Shown piece after piece: positions 28,464 to 38,631 of a stretch of DNA of 64,000 bases. This stretch comes from Candidatus Marinacidobacterium sp. GTDB taxonomy: Bacteria > Acidobacteriota > Vicinamibacteria > Marinacidobacterales > Marinacidobacteraceae. The DNA lies in NCBI GenBank assembly GCA_965204755.1, contig OZ242011.1, positions 1,696,001-1,760,000 of the forward strand, given 5' to 3'. Below the pieces are notes generated by a model. The model was not told the origin of the DNA, ran no database searches, and was given only the letters and a program-made list of their open reading frames with translations. Within the stretch, counting starts at the first letter, position 1; each line of letters opens with the position of its first letter. The position numbers were made by a program, and so were the translations under genes.

Positions 28464-29468
28464 TCAGCGCCTCCCGGCTTGCCGCGCGGTGAGGCGGGCG
28501 AGCCGGACGATGTCCGCGGCGGCGGCGCCGCGGGACAGGTCGTTCGCCGGCGCCGCGAGCCCCAACAGGAGCGGCCCGGTGGCGGTCGCCCCGGCCAGCC
28601 GCTCCACCAACTTGTAGGCGAGGTTCGCGGCGGCGAGGTCGGGAAAGACGAGCACATTCGCCCGCCCGCCCACCGCGCTGTCCGGCGCCTTCCGGGCGGC
28701 CACTTCGGGAACGAGCGCCGCGTCCGCCTGCAACTCGCCGTCCGCGACCAGGTTCGGGCGGAGGCGGCGGACGAGTTCCGCGGCCTCCGCCATCTTCTTC
28801 GCCGCCGGGTGGTCGGCGCTGCCGCGGGTGGAGAACGAGAGGAAGGCGACGCGCGGCGCCGTCCCCAGAAGGTCCGGGGCGGCGTCGGCGGCCAGCGCCG
28901 CGGTCTCGGCGAGGTCGGCCGCCGCGGGCTCGGGCTGCACCGCGCCGTCGGTGAACAGCAGCGGCGGCCGCCGGGGCGGCCCGCCCTCGCCCGACTCCCC
29001 GGGGAACTCCAGCAGGAACGCGCCGGAGACCCGCCGGACTCCCGGCCGCAGCCCGATGGTGGAGAGCGCGGCCCGCACCACCTGCGCCGTGGTCGCCACC
29101 GCCCCGGCCACCGAGCCCGCCGCCTCCCCGGAAGCGACCAGCCAGTCGGCGAACACCAGCGGGTCGCGCGCCGCCTCCGCCGCCCTCGCGCCGGGATCGT
29201 CCCCTTCGCGCGAAGACCGGTCGCGCGAGAACCGGTCGCGTAGGAAGCGGACGCAACTCTCCAGGCGCTCCCCTTCGGGCCGCAGCGAGATGACTCCCGC
29301 CGCCGAGAGCCGGGGCCGCCGGGCCGCCGGCGGGTCGCCCACCAAGCACGGTGAAACCGCGCCCTCCCGCGCCAGTCGGAGCGCCGCCTCCAGGACCCGC
29401 GGGTCGCGGGACTCCGCGAACACGATCACCGGCGGCTCGCCGCCCGCGCTCTTCGGCTCCTCCGCCAA
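28464..29468 (-). CDS. pta: Phosphate acetyltransferase family protein (start uncertain)
   Basis: [49 protein letters not shown]. Confidence 0.82.
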   Translation of the reverse strand: MAEEPKSAGGEPPVIVFAESRDPRVLEAALRLAREGAVSPCLVGDPPAARRPRLSAAGVISLRPEGERLESCVRFLRDRFSRDRSSREGDDPGARAAEAARDPLVFADWLVASGEAAGSVAGAVATTAQVVRAALSTIGLRPGVRRVSGAFLLEFPGESGEGGPPRRPPLLFTDGAVQPEPAAADLAETAALAADAAPDLLGTAPRVAFLSFSTRGSADHPAAKKMAEAAELVRRLRPNLVADGELQADAALVPEVAARKAPDSAVGGRANVLVFPDLAAANLAYKLVERLAGATATGPLLLGLAAPANDLSRGAAAADIVRLARLTARQAGRR

Positions 29469-29730
29469 CTCCTCGCTCCCGCGCAAGACCGGCTCGTCCG
29501 AATCGAAAGGCCTTCGCTCGAACGCTAGGATACCCGCGCTCGATCCACGCGTTCGACCTCCAGGCCGGCCTCCTCCGAAACGGACGGAAGAGCCGGAGAC
29601 GGAGCCGAACGCCGCACCGGCTTCGGGTTCGGAAACACACCAGACACGGTCGAGCGCCCCGGGGGGCGAGAGAGTCGCCCCGGTTCCGAAGGAGTCGGAC
29701 CCCCATCCCCGTAGAGGGAGGCAGAATGAC

Positions 29731-30066
29731 ATGAACATCACGGAACGCAGTGTGGGCGGGGTCACCGTCCTCGACCTCGAAGGCAAGATCGTCCTCGGCG
29801 AGGGCGACGAGGCGCTCGCGGAGAAGATCCGCGAAGTCGTGGCCCGCGGTGACCGGAAGGTCCTGCTGAACCTGGCCGGCGTGCCCTATGTGGACAGCGC
29901 CGGGCTCGGCGAGTTGGTGCGCTGCCACACGCGCCTCGTCCGCGCCGACGGCAACATCAAACTGCTCGGTCTCACCGAGCGGCTGCAGGATCTCCTGCAG
30001 ATCACCAAGTTGGTGACCGTGTTCCAAACCTTCGACTCGGAGAGCGAGGCGGTATCGAGTTTCTGA
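29731..30066 (+). CDS. STAS-domain anti-sigma factor antagonist
   Basis: [28 protein letters not shown] upstream. Confidence 0.92.
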   Translation: MNITERSVGGVTVLDLEGKIVLGEGDEALAEKIREVVARGDRKVLLNLAGVPYVDSAGLGELVRCHTRLVRADGNIKLLGLTERLQDLLQITKLVTVFQTFDSESEAVSSF

Positions 30067-30406
30067 GGCCTCCGCCGCCGGGAGTCGGGGACGGTTCGGC
30101 CCGCCCGCTCTCCTCCGGGAGAGCCGGGCGGGCGGATTGACGCCGCCCTTCCGGCGATTCCGGAGACCCTCGCCCCGAGTCCCGCTCGGGCGTCCGCCCG
30201 GCGGGGCTCCGCCGCTCTTCCCGATGCTCGAGTGCCGCCCCTCGTGACGATCCCCGCCGCCCGCCCGCGGCTCGACCGGGATTCGTCCGGGGAAGCCGCG
30301 CTCCGCGCGTTCGGCCGAAGCGGCCGCCGGGAGCGCCCGTTGCGCCCCGCCGCCGCTCCGCCGTCCCAACACCGCCCGCCCCCTGCGGCGGGATCCGAGG
30401 AATTCC

Positions 30407-31441
30407 ATGGCGAATACCGCCTCGGGCGCCTCCCGGGCGCCCCGACCGGCGCCGCAGCCCCCGAACGACAAGGGGGCCTCCGGCGCCGCTTCCCCCAGAG
30501 ACTCCGGCCGGCGCTCCGCCGCTCCGGGGAAGCCGGATGTCGACGCCATCATGGCCGGCATCCGGAAGACGCTCCGCGAGCGGGCTGACGAAGGAGGGCT
30601 CACCGAGCGCGAGTTCCAGGCCCGCCACTGGCAGCGGATGCTCCGTCCGCTGAAGGGCCTCGACGAGGACTTCGCCGACCGGTTCCGGTCGCGCGACCCT
30701 TCGAGATGGAATGTGGTCCTGAACGGGGCCGACTTCCACGGCGGCGCCTCCGGTTCCGCCCGCTTCTTCCGGCGGCTCCTGCGCCCGCTGGCGCGGCTGC
30801 TGGTGGACCTGTCGCCGGCCGCGCGCCAGGTCGCCCGGCAGGCGGAGATCAACGAGTACTACCGGCGCCTGCTCTGGGCCACGAACCGCGACCTCGAGCA
30901 GACCCGGCTGGAACTCGACCTCCTCAAGCGCGAACTCCGCCGGTTCGGCGTGCAGGCCGAGTTCTCGTTCAAGGCGCCGCCTGCCTCGGCGGACGAGGCC
31001 GGCGGTTCGTCGGCGCCCCGCGGCGGAGGGCGCGGCGAGGATCGAGGCGCCGGCGACCGCGGCCGCGGCGAGCGGGGCCGGGGTGACCGCGGCAGGGGTG
31101 ACCGCGGCAGGGGCGAGCGCGGGAAAGGCGAACGGGGCGGAGGCGACCGCGGCCGCGGGGAACGCGGTAAGGGCGAACGCGGCAAGGACGAACGCGGCAA
31201 GGGCGAACGCGGCAGGGGCGACCGCGGTAGGGGCGACCGCGGCCGCGGGGACCGCGGGAGGGACGACCGGGGCCGCGGCGAGCGCGGCGGCTCCGAGCCG
31301 CGCTCCTCCGGCGATGGCCGGCGGGGCTCCGGCGGCGGGTCGGGCCGCTCCTCCGGCGGCCGCCGGCGGGGCTCCGGTTCGGGATCCGGGCGCGGCGGCG
31401 GCCGCGACGACTCCGGCTCGGCCGGCGCCGCCGGCCGATGA
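30407..31441 (+). CDS. Hypothetical protein with RG-rich pentapeptide-repeat tail
   Basis: GAGG RBS, helical/coiled-coil N-half, 16x G[DE]RG[RKG]-type repeats, stop overlaps the glycosyltransferase ATG. Confidence 0.7.
   Translation: MANTASGASRAPRPAPQPPNDKGASGAASPRDSGRRSAAPGKPDVDAIMAGIRKTLRERADEGGLTEREFQARHWQRMLRPLKGLDEDFADRFRSRDPSRWNVVLNGADFHGGASGSARFFRRLLRPLARLLVDLSPAARQVARQAEINEYYRRLLWATNRDLEQTRLELDLLKRELRRFGVQAEFSFKAPPASADEAGGSSAPRGGGRGEDRGAGDRGRGERGRGDRGRGDRGRGERGKGERGGGDRGRGERGKGERGKDERGKGERGRGDRGRGDRGRGDRGRDDRGRGERGGSEPRSSGDGRRGSGGGSGRSSGGRRRGSGSGSGRGGGRDDSGSAGAAGR
31052..31291 (+). repeat. 16 x 15-bp coding repeat (GDRGR/GERGK)
   Basis: Units such as ggcgaccgcggccgc and ggcgaacgcggcaag, diverged at synonymous positions. 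Confidence 0.9.
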
Positions 31442-32850
31442 GACTCGCGTTCGTCACGCCCCGCTTCGGGGCGGCGGCCGCCGCCCCGGCGGAGCGGCTC
31501 GCGCAGGAACTCGCCGACCGGGCGCCCGACTCCTGGGCGGTGAGCGTCTTCACGACCACCGCCGCCGGACCGGGCGGGAGCGACTTCCGCGAAGGAACGA
31601 CCCGGAGCGAACGGGCCACGATCCACCGGTTCCCGCCGGAGACCTCCGCCCCGTCGTCGGACGCCGCCGCCTCGGCGGCGGCGCCGGGGAGCGGCTTCGC
31701 CTCGCCGGCGCTGGTCACCCGGCTGGCGGAATGCTGCGCCGAGTTCGACCTGGTCGTCGTATTCGGCGCCGGCACGCGCCTCGCCGCCGAGGCGGCCGGC
31801 GTCTCTCCCGAACGCGCCGTGCTGCTCCCGTTCGCCGAGGGCCTGGCCGACGACGACCCGGCCGCCGCGGGGGCGTTCGAGCGGGCGGCGGCCTGCGTCT
31901 TCGGGAGCGAGGCCGAAGAAGTGGCGCTCCTCGACCGCCACGGCCTCCACCGGCGGATGCGGGAGACGGTGAGCGGGGCGCTCCTCCTCCGGCAGGCGGT
32001 GGACCCCGACGGCTTCCGGGAGCGGGAGGGTCTCCGGCCGCGGCACTTGGTCTATCCCGGCCCGCTCCAGCCCGGCCGCGGCGTCGAGGAACTCCTCCGC
32101 TACTTCGCGTCCTTCCTGGCATCCCACCCCCGCGCCGCGCTCGACCTGGTGCTCTTCGCGCCGGCGGGGATCCGCCTCCCCCGCCGCCCGGAGATCCGGT
32201 TGGTGGTCCCCGAGGACGCCCAAGCCCGATTGGATGCGATCGGCGGAGCGATGCTCGCGGTGCTCCCGGCGCGGCTCTCCAGTTTCGCCTCGCAGGCGCT
32301 CGAGCCGCTCTCGCTGGGGACGCCGCTGCTGGTGAACGCCTCGGCGGGCGAGTTGGTGGAGGTCTGCCGCGCCGCCGCCGGCGGTCTCTACTACGGCAAC
32401 TACGAGGAGTTCGAGGCGATCCTGGAACTCGCGCTGACCGACCCGGCGCTGTTCACCCGGCTGGGCGAGTGCGGCCGCGAGTACTCCAACTCCCGGAACG
32501 ACTGGACGGAAGTCGTCGCCGCCTACGACCGCGCCTTCCTCAGTTTCTCCCGCCCCCGCCGCGCCTCCGGGCGCGCCGGGGAAGCCTCCCCGCCGCCGGC
32601 CGACCCGCCCGTCCCGGAACCGGATCCCGAGGCCGCGCCGCCCCCGGAACCGGACGCGGCGGAGTCGCCCGAACCCGCCGATGCCGCGGCGGGCGAGACC
32701 GAACCCCCGCCGGACTCCGCCGCCGAACCGACCGCCGCGGAGGGTTCCGAGACCGCGCCCGCCGCCGAGTCCGACGATGGCGAGCCCGAAGCCGACCGGC
32801 CGTCGGACGGCCCGCTGTCCGGTTTCTTCGGGAGTTCGATCCGGCGCTGA
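31438..32850 (+). CDS. Glycosyltransferase (GT4-like, divergent)
   Basis: MRLAFVTPRFG start, GTPLLVNA, GGLYY, acidic Pro-rich tail. Confidence 0.7.
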   Translation: MRLAFVTPRFGAAAAAPAERLAQELADRAPDSWAVSVFTTTAAGPGGSDFREGTTRSERATIHRFPPETSAPSSDAAASAAAPGSGFASPALVTRLAECCAEFDLVVVFGAGTRLAAEAAGVSPERAVLLPFAEGLADDDPAAAGAFERAAACVFGSEAEEVALLDRHGLHRRMRETVSGALLLRQAVDPDGFREREGLRPRHLVYPGPLQPGRGVEELLRYFASFLASHPRAALDLVLFAPAGIRLPRRPEIRLVVPEDAQARLDAIGGAMLAVLPARLSSFASQALEPLSLGTPLLVNASAGELVEVCRAAAGGLYYGNYEEFEAILELALTDPALFTRLGECGREYSNSRNDWTEVVAAYDRAFLSFSRPRRASGRAGEASPPPADPPVPEPDPEAAPPPEPDAAESPEPADAAAGETEPPPDSAAEPTAAEGSETAPAAESDDGEPEADRPSDGPLSGFFGSSIRR

Positions 32851-32925
32851 CTCAACGGTCCCCGGGGAAGCGCCGACCGGAGAGGGGTACGGGGAGGGCG
32901 CCCGGCCGGTAACCCGACGGAGACT

Positions 32926-34839
32926 TCACGACTCGCCGTCGAGAGGGGAAGGCGGGGCGCTCTTCCCGCGGGCCGTCAACATCCGGGCGGCGCGGGCGAG
33001 CGCTTCGGCGGCGCGCCGGTGGAGCGCCAAGGCGGTCTCGATCCCCTCCGGGCGGTTGTCTCGGAGCCACGCCGCGCGGAAGCGCCGGGCGAGCGCCCGC
33101 TGACCGGCGGCCAGCCGCCGGAGTTCCCCGGCGAGAGCCGGATCCCCGCCGCCCTTCCGCCGCGCCTCGCGGTACCGGAGCCAGGCGAGCCCGCGCTCGG
33201 CGGCCAGCCGCGAGGCTTCGAGCGCGTACCCCCAGTCTTCGCCGATCCCCCCGCCGGGGAGGCCGGCCTTCGCGGCCTCGGCCTCCAACTCCCGGAGCCG
33301 GTCGAGCGTGGAGCGGAGCGCCTCCGCCGCCGGTACCCGCCGGGCCGCCAGCAGCCGGCTCTCGAAGAACACCGTCTTCAGCGGCGAGTGGTTGAAGTGG
33401 GGGAACCCGACTTCGTGGAGCCGGCCCAGCCGCGCCGCGAACTCCCCGGCGAACCCGCTGCGGTCGCCGGCCACCTGTTCGGAGAACGCGGCGGCCAACT
33501 CCGCTTCCGGCCGGTCTTCGTCCCCCCAAGCCGCCTGCGCTCCCGCCGCCAGCGGAAAGAGCGAGCCGCCGAACAGGTTGAAGTGGCCGCCGTCGCCCCA
33601 GTCGGTCAGGATGAATCCCGACGCGCCGTACCGCTTCGCCGCCCGCGCGTGCCCCCGGATGTTCGGGAGCGCGGTGTCCAGCCGGGGAAACAGGCTGCTC
33701 CACGAGGAAGTTCCGGCGGCGGTCAGGAAGTCGCGGCCGGCTTCGCGGAAACGCTCCACCCGGTCGAAGTCGTGGTCGGCCTCGTACCACCAGTCGGCGA
33801 GGACGAGGTCCGGGGCCAGCCGGTCGAGCGCCTCCGGATGGTCGGCGAGCACATCGGCCCAGATCATCGGCCGTTTGCCGAGCCCCCGGGCGAGGTCGGC
33901 GACTCGGTTCACATGCCCGGCGAAGACCGCCGCCGGCCCTTCGCGCGCGGCCCGGGCCGCGGACTTCCCCCGGCCCAGGTCCACCGGCTCGTCGCAGTTC
34001 AGGTGCGCCCAGCCGGAGGAGAAGTTCGGCAGGTACTCGCCGAGCAGGTCCTCGAGCAGCGCGTAGGTCCCCGGCTCCTCCGGTGACACCGACCACAGCC
34101 GATCCGACTCGGCGAGCGCCCGGTAGCGGGGGATTTCCAGGATGCGGCGGAAGTGCCCGAAGGTCTGCAGGCAGGGGACGAGGGCCACCGCGCGCTCGGC
34201 GGCGAAGGCGTCGAGCCGCCGCAGGTCGGCGGCGGAGAGCCCGCCGCACCCGGCCCCGATCTCCGGATGGCGGGTGAACACGAAGGTGTGCTCGGTGTAG
34301 AGCAGCAACTCGTTGTAGCGAAGGCGCGAGAGGAGGGCGGCCAGCCGCTCCAGCCACTCCACGGTCGGTACCCGGCCGCGGGAGATGTCCAGCGAGAACA
34401 CCCGGCGGGCGATCTCCGGCCGGTCCCGGATCGAGAGCGCCGGAACCGCCCCGTCCGGCCCGGCCAGTTGCGCGAGCGCCTCCGCCCCGTACCGGAGCCC
34501 GGCCGCCCCGCCTCCCCGGAGGCGCGCGCCTTCCGGCGCGGTCTCCAGCGTGAACCCCTCCGGCGGAATCCCCGCCGCTTCGGCGGCGAGTTCGAGGACG
34601 ACTTCCCCCCTCGCCCCTCCGTCGGCCCGCCGACCCGGACCGGCGCCGGCGGTTTCGAGCGTCAGCCCGGTCCGCTCGCGCAGCCGGACGCCCAGGAAAC
34701 GCGCCGCCGCGTCGGCCGCTGCCGACCCGTCTCCCCGGCGGATACGCGTACCCGGCCCGAGACGGAAATCCCCCGGCCGCCGTTCGCATTCCGCCGGGGC
34801 CGGCAGGAGCCGCGCCGCGGGTTCGTCGGCGAGCGCCAC
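32926..34839 (-). CDS. GH20 beta-N-acetylhexosaminidase-like protein
   Basis: EGFTLE, IRDRP, LDISRGRVP, LQTFGH, HLNCDE, TDWGD. Confidence 0.85.
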   Translation of the reverse strand: MALADEPAARLLPAPAECERRPGDFRLGPGTRIRRGDGSAAADAAARFLGVRLRERTGLTLETAGAGPGRRADGGARGEVVLELAAEAAGIPPEGFTLETAPEGARLRGGGAAGLRYGAEALAQLAGPDGAVPALSIRDRPEIARRVFSLDISRGRVPTVEWLERLAALLSRLRYNELLLYTEHTFVFTRHPEIGAGCGGLSAADLRRLDAFAAERAVALVPCLQTFGHFRRILEIPRYRALAESDRLWSVSPEEPGTYALLEDLLGEYLPNFSSGWAHLNCDEPVDLGRGKSAARAAREGPAAVFAGHVNRVADLARGLGKRPMIWADVLADHPEALDRLAPDLVLADWWYEADHDFDRVERFREAGRDFLTAAGTSSWSSLFPRLDTALPNIRGHARAAKRYGASGFILTDWGDGGHFNLFGGSLFPLAAGAQAAWGDEDRPEAELAAAFSEQVAGDRSGFAGEFAARLGRLHEVGFPHFNHSPLKTVFFESRLLAARRVPAAEALRSTLDRLRELEAEAAKAGLPGGGIGEDWGYALEASRLAAERGLAWLRYREARRKGGGDPALAGELRRLAAGQRALARRFRAAWLRDNRPEGIETALALHRRAAEALARAARMLTARGKSAPPSPLDGES

Positions 34840-34926
34840 GCCGCCGATTATCCGCCGACCGGCCGAAAGACCTGGCCGCTTCGCGAAGCCCCGCCGTCGC
34901 CGTCCCCGCTGGTATCCTCCGATTCG

Positions 34927-35652
34927 TTGCGACCGCCGGGGACCTCCGAGGCCCGACCCGAGGACGACCCCCCGCTCAACCCCCCGCTCACCGTCGCCGC
35001 CGCGGCCGCCGAACAGGTCCGGCCGGGAACCGTCGTCGGGCTCGGCACCGGCCGCGCCGCCGCCGCCTTCTGCCGGGCGCTGGCCGAACGCGTGCGCTCC
35101 GGCCTCCCGGTGCGCGGCGTCCCCACTTCCCGCGCCACCGAGCGCCTCGCGGCGGCGCTCGGCATCCCGCTCGCCACTTTCGACGAAGCGGACTCCCTGG
35201 CGCTGGCGGTGGACGGCGCCGACGAAGTGGACCCGCAGCGGAACCTCATCAAGGGGCATGGCGGGGCGCTGGCCCGGGAGCGGGTGGTCGCCGCCGCCGC
35301 CGACCGCTTCGTCGTGCTCGTCGGGCCGGAGAAACTCAGCGGCCGGCTGGGGGAGAAGCGGGCGGTGCCGGTGGAAGCGCTCCCCTTCGCCGCGCCGCTG
35401 GTGGCCCGCGCCCTCCGCCGGCTGGGCGCCGAGGCCGAAGTGCGCCGGGGAGCGGACGGCGAACCCTTCGTCACCGACAACGGCAACTTCCTGGTGAACG
35501 CCGACTTCCCGGAGATCCCGGCCCCGGCGGAGTTGGAGCGCGCGATCCGGGGGATTCCGGGCGTCCTCGACTCGGGCCTCTTCGTCGGGATGGCCGACGA
35601 GGTCCTGGTGGAGCCGGCGCCCGCGCGGCCGGCGGGCGGTCCGACCGGGTGA
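34927..35652 (+). CDS. rpiA: Ribose-5-phosphate isomerase A
   Basis: VVGLGTG, DGADEVD, LIKGHGGAL, VTDNGN. Start inferred. Confidence 0.92.
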   Translation: MRPPGTSEARPEDDPPLNPPLTVAAAAAEQVRPGTVVGLGTGRAAAAFCRALAERVRSGLPVRGVPTSRATERLAAALGIPLATFDEADSLALAVDGADEVDPQRNLIKGHGGALARERVVAAAADRFVVLVGPEKLSGRLGEKRAVPVEALPFAAPLVARALRRLGAEAEVRRGADGEPFVTDNGNFLVNADFPEIPAPAELERAIRGIPGVLDSGLFVGMADEVLVEPAPARPAGGPTG

Positions 35653-36395
35653 GCGGCGCCCGGATCTCCTTCCGGGAGGTCTCCAAGAGTTACGGCGAGC
35701 GGCGGGTGCTCGACCGCATCTCGCTCGAAGTGGCGCCGAGCGAATTCCTCGTCTTCCTGGGGCCGAGCGGCTGCGGCAAGACCACCCTGCTGCGGCTGGT
35801 GAACGGCCTGGCCGAGGCGGACTCCGGCGCGGTGGAGGTGGACGGGCGCGAAGTGGGGGACTGGGACCCGGTCGAGTTGCGCCGGGGCATCGGCTACGCC
35901 ATCCAAGGCGTCGGCCTCCTGCCCCACCTGAGCGTCTCCGCGAATGTGGGCCTCGTCCCCCGGCTGCTCGGCTGGCGGCTGGAGCGCCGCCGCCGCCGCG
36001 CCGCCGAGATGCTGCGGCTGGTCGGACTCGACCCGGCCGAGTTCGGCGCCCGCCGCCCGGCGGCGCTCTCCGGCGGGCAGCGCCAGCGGGTGGGCGTCGC
36101 CCGCGCGCTCGCCGCCGATCCCCCGGTCCTCCTGATGGACGAACCCTTCGGCGCGGTGGACCCCATCCGCCGCCGCAGCCTCCAGGAGGAGTTCCGGGCG
36201 CTCGCCCGGGACCTGCGCAAGACGGTGCTGTTCGTCACCCACGATGTGGCGGAGGCCTTCCGGCTGGCCGACCGGATCGCGGTGGTCGCCGACGGCGGCA
36301 TCCGCCAGGCCGGCCCGCCGGACGAAATCCGCGCCGCCCCGGCGGACGACTTCGTGCGCCGGCTGGTCGCCGACGCCCCGGCGCCCGCCGCCTGA
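35649..36395 (+). CDS. Osmoprotectant ABC transporter ATP-binding subunit
   Basis: GPSGCGKTT, LRRGIGYAIQ, LSGGQRQRVGVARALA, MDEPFGAVDP. Confidence 0.9.
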   Translation: MSGARISFREVSKSYGERRVLDRISLEVAPSEFLVFLGPSGCGKTTLLRLVNGLAEADSGAVEVDGREVGDWDPVELRRGIGYAIQGVGLLPHLSVSANVGLVPRLLGWRLERRRRRAAEMLRLVGLDPAEFGARRPAALSGGQRQRVGVARALAADPPVLLMDEPFGAVDPIRRRSLQEEFRALARDLRKTVLFVTHDVAEAFRLADRIAVVADGGIRQAGPPDEIRAAPADDFVRRLVADAPAPAA

Positions 36396-36417
36396 CCCGC
36401 CGGCCGCTCCCTCCCCG

Positions 36418-37059
36418 ATGGACTTCCTCCTCGCCCGGTGGCCGGAGATCCTCTCCGCCACGCTGGAGCACCTGGGCCTGGTGTTCGTCTCCGTCGGCGC
36501 CGCGGTGGCGCTGGCGGTCCCCGCCGGGCTCGCGGCCACCCGCTTTCCCCGCCTCGCCCGCCCGGTCCTCGGCTTCGCCGGAACCGTCCAGACCGTCCCG
36601 TCGCTGGCGCTCTTCGGCCTGCTCATCCCGCTGCCGCTCATCGGCGGCATCGGCAGCCGCATCGCGGTGGTGGCGCTGATCCTCTACGCGCTCCTCCCGA
36701 TCCTCCGCAGCACGGTTACCGGCGTGCAGCAGGTGGACCCGGCGATCCTGGACGCCGCGGACGGCATGGGGATGACCGGCTGGCAGCGTCTCAAGTGGGT
36801 GGAGGCGCCGCTCGCGCTGCCCTCGATCTTCTCCGGGGTGCGGATCGCCACCGTGGTGGGCGTCGGCCTGGTCACCATCGCCGCCGCGGTCGGCGCGGGC
36901 GGACTCGGCTCGCTTATCTTTCGCGGGTTGACGATGCTCGACACCCGACTGATCCTCGCCGGCGCCGTGCCCTCCGCTGCGCTGGCGCTCGCCGCGGACG
37001 GCGGGCTGGCGCTGCTCGAATCCCGCCTCTCCGGCGCCCGCCGGCCGGGCGGTTCGTGA
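36418..37059 (+). CDS. Osmoprotectant ABC transporter permease
   Basis: QTVPSLAL, DAADGMGMT, GAGGLG. Confidence 0.9.
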   Translation: MDFLLARWPEILSATLEHLGLVFVSVGAAVALAVPAGLAATRFPRLARPVLGFAGTVQTVPSLALFGLLIPLPLIGGIGSRIAVVALILYALLPILRSTVTGVQQVDPAILDAADGMGMTGWQRLKWVEAPLALPSIFSGVRIATVVGVGLVTIAAAVGAGGLGSLIFRGLTMLDTRLILAGAVPSAALALAADGGLALLESRLSGARRPGGS

Positions 37060-37964
37060 TGCCGTTCCGCGCCGACCGCCGCCGGTTCCTCCGCCGGGCG
37101 CTGCCCGCGCCGTTCGCGCTCGCCGGCTGGGCCTGCGGCGACGGGGGCGGGGCCCCGACGGTCGCGGCGACGGTGGGCGCGAAGGACTACCCGGAGCAAT
37201 TCATGCTCGGGCATCTCCAGGCGCTCCTGCTGCAGCGGCAGGGCCTCGAGGTCACCCTGCGGGACGGGATCCCCACCTTCCTGCTCCACCAGGCGATCGA
37301 CAACGCCGAGGTGGACTGCTTCGTCGAGTACACCGGCACGGCGTACTCGGCGGTCCTGAAAGAGACCTTCACCCCCGGCCAGACGCCGGAAGAGATCTAC
37401 GGCATCGTCGGGCGGTTGCTGGAAGAACGGCACGGCCTGCGGCTCGGGCCGCCGATCGGTTTCGCGAACACCTACGCGCTCGCCCTTCCCGCCGCCCGCG
37501 CCGGGGAACTCGGCCTGTGGCGCCTGTCCGACCTCGCCGATCATCCGGGGCTGGTGCTCGCCGCCGGCCACGAGTTCCTGGAGCGCGCCGACGGGCTTCC
37601 CGGCATGGTCGAGCACTACGGGTTCGAGTCCCCGCCGGAAGTGGTCACCGTGGACCTGAACCTGGTCTGGCAGGCGGTGGCCTCCGGGGACGCCGACCTG
37701 CTCGTCGGCAACTCCACCGACGGCCGGATCCCGGCCCAGGGCATGGTGCTCCTCGACGACGACCGGAACTACTTCCCGCCTTACGACGCCGCGGTGATCT
37801 ACCGACCGGACGCTCCTCCGGAAGTCGCCCGGTTGGCGGAGGCGCTCGGCGGAGCGATCGACGACCGCCGGATCCGCGACCTGAACCGCCGGATGGATGT
37901 GGACAAACGGGAGCCGGCCGTAGTCGCCGCCGAGTTCCTGGACGAGACCGGCCTCTCGCTGTAG
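37059..37964 (+). CDS. Glycine betaine/osmoprotectant ABC substrate-binding lipoprotein
   Basis: VGAKDYPEQ, EYTGTA, GFANTYAL, STDGRI, DDRNYFPPYDA. Confidence 0.9.
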   Translation: MPFRADRRRFLRRALPAPFALAGWACGDGGGAPTVAATVGAKDYPEQFMLGHLQALLLQRQGLEVTLRDGIPTFLLHQAIDNAEVDCFVEYTGTAYSAVLKETFTPGQTPEEIYGIVGRLLEERHGLRLGPPIGFANTYALALPAARAGELGLWRLSDLADHPGLVLAAGHEFLERADGLPGMVEHYGFESPPEVVTVDLNLVWQAVASGDADLLVGNSTDGRIPAQGMVLLDDDRNYFPPYDAAVIYRPDAPPEVARLAEALGGAIDDRRIRDLNRRMDVDKREPAVVAAEFLDETGLSL

Positions 37965-37977
37965 CCCGCTCGCGCGC

Positions 37978-38590
37978 CTACGGATTTCGAAGGCGGCGCC
38001 GCCCGACTCGCACGAGCCACCACAGGGCCAAGCCCACGACCCCGGCGGCGATGGCGGCGCTTCGGGCCGCCGTGCGGAGCGCGTAGGAGAAGACCGTCCG
38101 TTCGTCGGTAACCAGGCGGATCTCGAGTTCGCCGCCTCCCGGAGGCCGCCGCCAGCGGAAGCGGTTGCCCCGGCGGGGCCGCTCCGGGCTGTTCGCGCCG
38201 AGCACCCGGGCGCTCGGCTGCACCTCGACCGTTCCTCCCGCGACGCCCGCCGCCGGAACCCGCATCCGCAATTCGCGGCCGCCGCCCGCCGCCGGGCGGT
38301 AACTGCACTCCCGGACCAGGCGCGGGGCGGCGCAGAGCGCTTCCACCGAGTCGAACCGCACTTCGGCGAGCAGGCGCCCGCCGGCCTCCTCCCGCACCCG
38401 CTCGACCGTGAGGCCGGGGCCGGACAGCCCCTCGCGCAGCGCGGCCGCCGCCCCGCTCCCGCCGCCCGGCGCCCGGAAGAACGACACCCCGGCGCCGTCC
38501 GGCTCGATCCGGTGCAACTCCGCGAACGGCTCGCCGCCCGCGCAGCCGACGGCCAGCGCCGCCGCTGCGGCCGCCGGAAGGAGTCGCGCC
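37978..38590 (-). CDS. Putative lipoprotein with C-terminal TM anchor (no clear start codon)
   Basis: LLPAAAAAALAVGC lipobox-like segment, C-terminal AAIAAGVVGLALWWLV. Fills the gap divergent from polA. Confidence 0.45.
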
Positions 38591-38631
38591 GCCCGCCCCC
38601 GTCCGTAGAATCCCGAACCGGTCTCCCGCGA

